From positions 30,566,001 to 30,630,000 of the forward strand of contig CM022672.1 in the NCBI GenBank assembly GCA_012295275.1: a stretch of 64,000 nt of DNA. Direction: 5' to 3'. The notes under the pieces are model-generated. The model was given only the letters and a program-made list of their open reading frames with translations. It ran no database searches and was not told the DNA's origin. The DNA is from Chrysomallon squamiferum. Taxonomy: Eukaryota > Animalia > Mollusca. The position numbers and the translations under genes were made by a program. Below are positions 54,981 through 64,000 of the stretch, in pieces. How positions within the stretch are numbered: position 1 is the stretch's first letter; the number at the start of each line of letters is the position of its first letter.

Positions 54981-55629
54981 AGTTACAATTTGTCTGGGAT
55001 ATTTTTATCACAGTGTCCTTCTATTTCCATGCAACCTAAATCTTAACTGACCGTTCACTGAACGTTGGATATGCTATGACGTAATACATACGTATTACAT
55101 AAGTATAGATTTGATATCAGTCAATACCTCACGTATGCTCTCATTAAGTTACCGTAAAGGGCAGCGTGTATGTCTGGGATAATAGTTGCAAATTACGATA
55201 ACAAGAACTGGGATTAATCTCTCGTCAACAGAAAGCATGACAAACCCCTCGCATTTCACTGTTTCACAATTTTGAAATATTTCTGTCTCTTAGAAAATTA
55301 AAAAATTATACAGGATTCGAAAATCCGAAATCAGAAAAGCTCCGAAATCCGAAACTTTTTTTACAGTTTTCGGAATTTTGCGCATACAAACTGTATTTTA
55401 TGCACAAAATTATCACAAACCTTATTTAAAAAGTTCCTACAAACTATCTGTATAAGCTGTACATGAAAAATAAATGGAATTCATATTCAGACAAAGATTC
55501 TATTCTCGTGCTATCTCCTTTTATTACAAAATCCGAAATATTCCGAAAGGATCCTCAACCTGTATAGAAAAGAAGAAGAAGAAGAAGTGTTTTAATAAAA
55601 ATAAATATACAGAATTTCTGTCTCTTATT

Positions 55630-56075
55630 ATTTCCACCACTACATCTACTACTACACCAACATTACCACGTCGCTACCTTTACTACTACTACTTCTACTA
55701 TAGTACTACCGCTACTACAGCTACTGCTTCTGCACTACAGTACTACCATGGTTACTACCAATACCACTGCTACTGCTACTGTCACTGCCACTGCAATTAC
55801 TTCCACGATACTACTACAACTACAACTACCACCATATTAGTGTCACTATTTCTACTGCTAGCACAACTGCTACTGTTATAATCATAACTATTACTGTTAG
55901 TACTTTTACTACAATTACTTCTTCTTCTTCTACTGCTAATACTACTATTACTGCTACTACTACTATTAGAACTCGTATGCTAAACATAATTATATTATAT
56001 GTAGTAGTAGCACTAGAAGCAACAGTAACAGCAATATTGTAACTACCACTACAGCTACTACAATTATTGCTTTCA
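55630..56075. repeat. Decayed (TAC/ACT)n low-complexity tract
   Basis: Three-periodic tac/act/tgc repeats producing spurious Thr/Tyr-rich ORFs. Confidence 0.7.
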
Positions 56076-56780
56076 TTACTATAAGTATTCCATATAAATG
56101 GATGAATGCATAAAAAGATACACAAATCAATCAGAAAGAAAACTGAAAGAAAAATTATTTAAAACAGTTCATTGAAAATTACAAGTTACTTGTCTACGTA
56201 TGACGTTTTGTTACAAACATGCTTCAGTCGTATTTTGTAAATACTCGCAATAAACTCACCTCCGTGTTTCTGACATTTTCTTCAACTTTTATGAAGTAAT
56301 TTAATTATTTTCATAAATCTGTGGCAAATGCCAGTCCATGAATTAGCATAACCGCGCTAAAAACACATTAACAATAATGTTTAGATACAAATAAATACTA
56401 ATCACTGCTGGTTCCAGTGTTATTTTGCCTTGAAAGGGAATTAGGTTGAGTATAATTGTTGATTTTATAAAATGATTGACAGAATCCTATAAAAAGTTCA
56501 ACTGGAATTTAAGAAATAAATACAAATAAAGAAATATATATATAAGTCATGTATATAAATGTATATATGTCGATAATGTATAAATGTATGTGTGCACGTA
56601 TATATGTGAATGCATGAATGTAGGTATGTATATATGTATGAATATTTTATTTATTAAGTGTATGTATATACGTATGTGTGTGGGTGTACGTTACATTAAA
56701 ATGTTTTATGTATTTATATAAGTACGCATATAAATAGAGTTTGAACCAAATGTTTGTATATGTATTTATAATTTATTAAA

Positions 56781-56819
<39 letters not shown>

Positions 56820-58228
56820 TGTTATTGTAAGTTTTATTATAAGGTAATATTTCATATTTATTTGTAAATAAATTATTTAAAATACTGTTATCAAATGTTT
56901 AATATCATATTTTATAATATATCTAATTCTAATTGTAATTTATTATAACCTATGCCACGATACATCCAATGAAAAATTCACATCATTGTTCCAGATTTGT
57001 TTCATTTTATTTTTTTTAAGTTTTACTATATCAATCACATATCGTAACCAAATCCAGTAACAGGACAATCCTATTTGCCTGAATCAAAATATTTTATTTC
57101 GAGATTCCGGAAATAAACGTTTTATTTCAGGATTCCAGATATGGCCTGGTGTAAATAGATTCTACAACACTGAACATTACACTATTTTATAATCATATTG
57201 ACACTACCACTATTAATACTAATACTAGCACTACTATTCTATAACTCTACTAGTATTACTACAGCTACAACTGCATTCGCTGATACTGTTGTTGTGTTGT
57301 TGCTGTTACTGTTGTTGTTGTTGTTGTTGGTATTTGTTGTTATTTCTTCTAAAATCCTACCGATATTATTACAACAATTACTAATAGAGTTATTGTTGTT
57401 GAATTATTAATAGCGTAATAATTATTGTTGTTGTCGTCGTTGTTGTTGCTGCTGCTTTTATTAATTCGAAACCTTGATGTCATAAACACACACCCACAGC
57501 ATATTTTGGTCATCTTCAGCAAACAGTGCCAATACGTTACGTCTCCGGACTAATAGCCACCTCCCATGCGGTCGTCTGCTAATGACGAACTGGAGAAACT
57601 TAGACATAATTCTGGTTCAGACATCGATGTATTTCAGTTGTCACTTTCCAGACTGTTCCAGCGCAGCTCGCTTTTTAATTACACTCCAGAGATAACGCAC
57701 TGCGTGTAGTACGCCATTTAATACTAATAGTGATGTCAGCAGACGACACAAATAAACATAGAAAGCAGGAAGGTAATAATATGGCTGTTTTTACAAAACT
57801 ATGATATAGTCTTGGAAAATCTTTAATTATATAATAATTTTATTTCGGTAATCTGAATGGAATAATACAAATGAACTAATATACGTACACACGCACAAGT
57901 TACAAGTCAGAGTGACGAAGAGAACAAGAGATGTTATTTATTTATTTATTTTTTGTTTTGGTTCGATTATCTTTGACGAAAACATAATAAATATTATCCG
58001 CATACGTCCAAGCTCCTTTACTTTTATTTTTTCCTTTCTTTATTATTATTATTATTATTATTAATCCAGTCTTACTTAATAATGAAACATAACTAAAAAA
58101 GATTTATTTTGATATCTCTACATTTAGATTTTTTTTAAATCGTGTTTAGGCTTGGAAATATTTAACTACTGTGTATAATAATTTTATTTCTGGAACTCTC
58201 TGCATGTTTTTTTTTCTGTGATAAATAG

Positions 58229-58314
<86 letters not shown>

Positions 58315-58489
58315 CACATAAATGAACTAATATACATAAACAAGCACAAGCTATAAGTCAGAGTAACGAAGGAAACCAGAGATGTTATTTATTTATTTCT
58401 TTCTTTATTTATTTATATATATATTTGTGTATATTTTTGTTCGATTACCTTTTATTTTCCTTTCTTTATTATAATTATAATTATAATTA

Positions 58490-58537
<48 letters not shown>

Positions 58538-60099
58538 CCAGTCTTAATTAATAATGAAACCTAACCAAAAATCGCTCATTTTTAGGTGTTGATCTCATCA
58601 CTTATGGCGGCCTGATTAGCTCTAAAAATGTTCCAGTGTTGTACGAATGATTACATCTCTCAATCTATCAAGTTTATGATGACGTCACAATTCCAGCAGT
58701 GAAATGGAAAAATCGCGGCGTTAAATCTTTATTAACTATTATTTTATTCTATAATTTTTTGTTATTAGCGATATAGATCAAACATAACCGCAAATAGTAA
58801 TATTGGAGAATACAAAAATTTATTAGACAATTTATTGTTATCTCCATGTACAACTTTGTCTCTTTCTACAGTAAACTGAAATATTATTTACGATACTGAA
58901 AACGAAAAAACTAAGAAAAATAATTACAAATAACAACAACAAAGAAAAAAAAACCAGTCTAAAATTTTAAATCAAATTGTTATTATAGGGCAATAATAAT
59001 AAATAAATAAATAAATAAAATGAGCACAGTGGAAGGGAAATAACTCTTAAAAGACCAACCCTTCCAAGGACAAATATTTACAGGCTAAGAATTCTTCGTC
59101 CGAAATGCTCAGGGTCGGAACTTTATCGGATTTGAGAATTTCTCGAATTTTGGAATACAAGAAGATGGCCTGAGAATAGGATGTAAGTCTAAACACCAAT
59201 TCCATCTAATTTTCATATATACAGCTTACACAAACAGATTTTAATAATTTTATAGCATAAAATAATGTTAGTGTGTGCAAAACACTGCTAAAACTGTTGC
59301 ATACTACTATTTCTGCTGCTAGGAAAAGTTCCGTATTTCGGCGAATTTCGGAACTTTTCGGATTTCGGAATTTCGAATAACGAGTCGTCAACATGTAACA
59401 AAATAATTGTTTCTTCCAAACATGTAAACATATGAACAAATTTTTGTATAAAATAAAAATGTAGTAAATAAAAGAAGCAACAAGAAAACAAAGATAGAGA
59501 TATCGTACTTAAAACAGAAAACGTTTTGTTTATATTTTGTTTAGTATCTTTCAAATTAATATGATTAATTACGTCAAACAGAGAATATACATTTTTACAG
59601 CTACTCAAAACAGATTTTCAGTTTTGGAAATAAAAGAATGATACAAACTATAGCAGTAGCTCTTTTTATCCCGATTTCAGTTATAAAAATATTCAAAGTT
59701 GTCATTCAAATAGTTCTAAAAATTCTGTGGGCCGTTTGCGGACAACTGTCATTTTGGATTCTGAAGTGAGATTGTCTTTTCATAAAAAATTATACTATGT
59801 GTTGAAACATTCAGTCTTATGTTTCTCATAGCTCTGCAAAGTATGTTTACATTGAAATGAGAAGGCAAAGTTGATAAAATTATTAAGTTGCATTAGATCA
59901 AAAGAAATAGTAACAATAAAATCTTCACTTCTACTTAATACTTATACATTTAATGCTAAATTAATCAGTGATACGAAATACATTCAGAAGATATAAATTA
60001 GAAAATCTAAAATGTTAATTTTTAAAGGGTTTATCTTTTGACACGTTCAGAGCACTTTAGAATGAGAATAAATTAAAAACATTTCACGATTTCACAGAC

Positions 60100-60856
60100 A
60101 CGATGGAGAACTGTCTGGTTTAGTGACGATGTTCAATTTCTGCTTCGTCGAGCTGATGGTAGATGTCGAGTTTACAGACGTCGTGGTGAACGTTTTGCTG
60201 CAAACTGCAACCAGGAAGCGGACAGATTTGGTGGTGGTAGTGTGATGGTGTGGGCAGCAATCTCATACACTGGCAGGAGCAACCTGGTTCACATCCACGG
60301 CAACCTAACGGCACAGAGATACCGAGATGAAATATTGCAGCCACATGTCGCACCAGTTATGAATAATGATAACGCTGTATTCCAGCACGACAATGCGAGA
60401 CCACATACAGCCAGACTCACAACAGCGTACCTACACAACAATAACATTCAGATCCTGCCCTGGCCCTCTAAATCTCCAGATTTGAACCCTATAGAGCATT
60501 TATGGGACGAGTTGGATAGACGACTGAGGCAGCATCAACCACAGCCACAGAATCGTGCTCAGTTGGCATTATTACTACAGACAGACAGGGTGGGCTACCA
60601 TTCGTAATGTCATTACTGCCATGGGAAGGAGATGTCAGGCAGTTCTGGACTCCCATGGGGCCACACAAGGTATTGATATTATAATGTTATAATCTTGAAC
60701 CTTAACCTTTTCAATATAATATCATCAATATTAATGAATTGCGAAAGTGTGTGTAAAATGAACATTCTGCTGCAATTTGTTGATCCATTAGATAGATATT
60801 CCCAATGTCAATAAAATCTACTTTTTTTGCTTTTTTTTCAGTTTTTGTTTATATAG
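60100..60856 (+). mobile_element. 5'-truncated copy of the same Tc1 element (catalytic half)
   Basis: MVWAAISYTGRSNLVHIHGNLTAQRYRDEIL...FQHDNARPH...SPDLNPIEHLWDEL. Followed by the same flanking DNA as the 37.3-kb copy; right TIR degraded. Confidence 0.88.
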
Positions 60857-62399
60857 TATATATATATATATATATATATATCACTTCTGATTAGAGTTAA
60901 TGTAAATTTTTCAATATATGTTTGTATGTAGATGTATGCAGATGTCTACATATTGTATTTATTTTGATGAATAATCATAATGTTTAATAAAAAAATAACT
61001 ATAACTTTAATTTATTAAGTACATGTGTGTATGTGTGCGTTTATCCGTGTATACCATTATATCTGAAGTTTAATATCTCTTAAAATTAAAAAAAAAAAAA
61101 ATATGTTGTATTTTATTTATTAACTGATTATGCACGCACCAACGGTATAGGAAAACACGCAAGATTTGACGATACAGGTTCGGTTGGTCAGTTTAACATC
61201 TACGCTTAACTTGTCAGTTAATATCAGAGTTCGTCAAAGTGACATGTGGTACAAAAATCAAATTAGCTCATTGTGTTTTGGAGGCCCTTATCTAGTCCTA
61301 TATAAAAGGCTTGTACATAGATGTACAGTATTTCTGCGACGGACACGCCCGCTGACCTGTCAGAAAGCGTGCCTGTCGTAGACGTGCTTCACAACAGCTT
61401 GCTCTGATTAGCACGTTAATTTTTTTCAAGGTTCAAGGTAATGAGTAAAACATAGATAATTCACGTTGGTCTTAGCATAAACTCATCTATTTTAGGAACA
61501 AATTTGATTACTAGCAACCGTGTATTGCATATATAATGGCTATCTGTGATCTTCTAGAAAGCCCTCATCCAGCATTAAATATTGTGGAACATAACCCAGT
61601 TAAACAGGCTGTTATAATATTTGTAAACGTGTCTCATAAGTTATTAACCCTACTACACTGCAACATAATTATAATTGATTTAATGCAACTATATCTATCT
61701 AAAATCATGAAATATTCTGTGAAGATCAACTAATTAAAATTCTTTTCTTTCCTTTCTTTTCTTTTTAAAGAAATAAAAAATATATATATTTATGAATTTT
61801 TATCATAATTGTTATTATTATTATTAATGTAATGTTTAATTACACTAATAGAAAGCTATATATATATGAACCCGGTTCACTCCCGAGTCAGGAAACGACT
61901 GACAAAGCCGATTCTCAGCAACGAGAATCTCCTGAATTCTGTTTCATGGTTCTTGACTGTGAGCAAAATCATCATACTTTTCATACTGTCAGTTGAACCA
62001 TCATAAAACTACTATTTAAGTTTAGCACAAAAGGCTGTGAAGGTTTTGCGCAGTTAATTTATTTCTGAATCCGAAAAAACGAAATATGTTTCGTCACATG
62101 ACTTCAGTTTCTCAACTATTGTTGTGAACCAAAACAGCTTTCTCATTTACAATTGCTTATTTGTTGTATTTATCTTTTTATTTGTTTTTTCATTAGATCA
62201 AAAGAAATAGTAACAATAAAATCTTCACTTCTACTTAATACTTATACATTTAATGCTAAATTAATCAGTGATACGAAATACATTCAGAAGATATAAATTA
62301 GAAAATCTAAAATGTTAATTTTTAAAGGGTTTATCTTTTGACACGTTCAGAGCACTTTAGAATGAGAATAAATTAAAAACATTTCACGATTTCACAGAC

Positions 62400-63140
62400 A
62401 CGATGGAGAACTGTCTGGTTTAGTGACGATGTTCAATTTCTGCTTCGTCGAGCTGATGGTAGATGTCGAGTTTACAGACGTCGTGGTGAACGTTTTGCTG
62501 CAAACTGCAACCAGGAAGCGGACAGATTTGGTGGTGGTAGTGTGATGGTGTGGGCAGCAATCTCATACACTGGCAGGAGCAACCTGGTTCACATCCACGG
62601 CAACCTAACGGCACAGAGATACCGAGATGAAATATTGCAGCCACATGTCGCACCAGTTATGAATAATGATAACGCTGTATTCCAGCACGACAATGCGAGA
62701 CCACATACAGCCAGACTCACAACAGCGTACCTACACAACAATAACATTCAGATCCTGCCCTGGCCCTCTAAATCTCCAGATTTGAACCCTATAGAGCATT
62801 TATGGGACGAGTTGGATAGACGACTGAGGCAGCATCAACCACAGCCACAGAATCGTGCTCAGTTGGCATTATTACTACAGACAGGGTGGGCTACCATTCG
62901 TAATGTCATTACTGCCATGGGAAGGAGATGTCAGGCAGTTCTGGACTCCCATGGGGCCACACAAGGTATTGATATTATAATGTTATAATCTTGAACCTTA
63001 ACCTTTTCAATATAATATCATCAATATTAATGAATTGCGAAAGTGTGTGTAAAATGAACATTCTGCTGCAATTTGTTGATCCATTAGATAGATATTCCCA
63101 ATGTCAATAAAATCTACTTTTGCGTTTCTTTTTTGTTAGA

Positions 63141-63141
<1 letters not shown>
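62400..63141 (+). mobile_element. Second 5'-truncated Tc1 copy (part of the 2.3-kb tandem duplication)
   Basis: ORF 62542-62988 with the DD34E core; intact right TIR tttgcgtttcttttttgttagag|TA. Confidence 0.88.
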
Positions 63142-63183
<42 letters not shown>

Positions 63184-64000
63184 TTCTGATTAGAGTTAAT
63201 GTAAATTTTTCAATATATGTTTGTATGTAGATGTATGCAGATGTCTACATATTGTATTTATTTTGATGAATAATCATAATGTTTAATAAAATAACTATAA
63301 CTTTAATTTATTAAGTACATGTGTGTATGTGTGCGTTTATCCGTGTATACCATTATATCTGAAGTTTAATATCTCTTAAAATTAAAAAAAAAAAAAATAT
63401 GTTGTATTTTATTTATTAACTGATTATGCACGCACCAACGGTATAGGAAAACACGCAAGATTTGACGATACAGGTTCGGTTGGTCAGTTTAACATCTACG
63501 CTTAACTTGTCAGTTAATATCAGAGTTCGTCAAAGTGACATGTGGTACAAAAATCAAATTAGCTCATTGTGTTTTGGAGGCCCTTATCTAGTCCTATATA
63601 AAAGGCTTGTACATAGATGTACAGTATTTCTGCGACGGACACGCCCGCTGACCTGTCAGAAAGCGTGCCTGTCGTAGACGTGCTTCACAACAGCTTGCTC
63701 TGATTAGCACGTTAATTTTTTTCAAGGTTCAAGGTAATGAGTAAAACATAGATAATTCACGTTGGTCTTAGCATAAACTCATCTATTTTAGGAACAAATT
63801 GTTGATTACTAGCAACCGTGTATTGCATATATAATGGCTATCTGTGATCTTCTAGAAAGCCCTCATCCAGCATTAAATATTGTGGAACATAACCCAGTTA
63901 AACAGGCTGTTATAATATTTGTAAACGTGTCTCATAAGTTATTAACCCTACTACACTGCAACATAATTATAATTGATTTAATGCAACTATATCTATCTAA

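Larger units (their letters stand above)
59891..64000 (+). repeat. Near-identical head-to-tail tandem duplication, unit 2300 bp (59891-62190; 62191 to beyond the window)
   Basis: cattagatcaaaagaaatag at both 59891 and 62191. Differences are mainly microsatellite or homopolymer lengths, a 4-nt ACAG indel, a 3-nt indel and the degraded TIR of the first unit. Confidence 0.92.

Noticed and set aside
55474-56125. Thr/Tyr/His/Cys-rich ORFs resembling a mucin or metal-binding protein
   Set aside because: Products of a decayed trinucleotide repeat that starts inside a MITE; open on both strands because of low complexity.

Overview
AT-rich, intron-containing animal genomic DNA. A lophotrochozoan such as a mollusc is plausible, but the species cannot be fixed from sequence alone. 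The window is dominated by a birth-and-death tandem array of five paralogous multi-exon genes. Each encodes, or once encoded, a secreted protein: a conserved signal peptide, a hypervariable Trp/Arg-rich N-terminal peptide, a variable number of thrombospondin type-1 repeats (TSRs, one per symmetric phase-1 exon, three sequence types a/b/c) and a C-terminal 6-Cys chitin-binding type-2 (CBM14/peritrophin-A-like) domain. Copy B (16138-19157, -) is intact with 4 TSRs. Copy C (29465-34905, -) has 9 TSRs and one 1-nt frameshift. Copy A (2574-8556, -) has 7 TSRs and several lesions. Copies D (41057-43701, -) and E (50999-52908, +, inverted) are pseudogenes. A second, decayed secreted-protein gene (signal peptide, PAN/apple-like Cys motif, Thr-rich exon) lies head-to-head with the TSR genes. 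The intergenic DNA is a mosaic of direct and inverted segmental duplications, pogo/Tigger and Tc1 (DD34E) transposon relics, MITEs, mini- and microsatellites, and a near-identical 2.3-kb tandem duplication at the right end. All exon coordinates were read by eye from splice signals.
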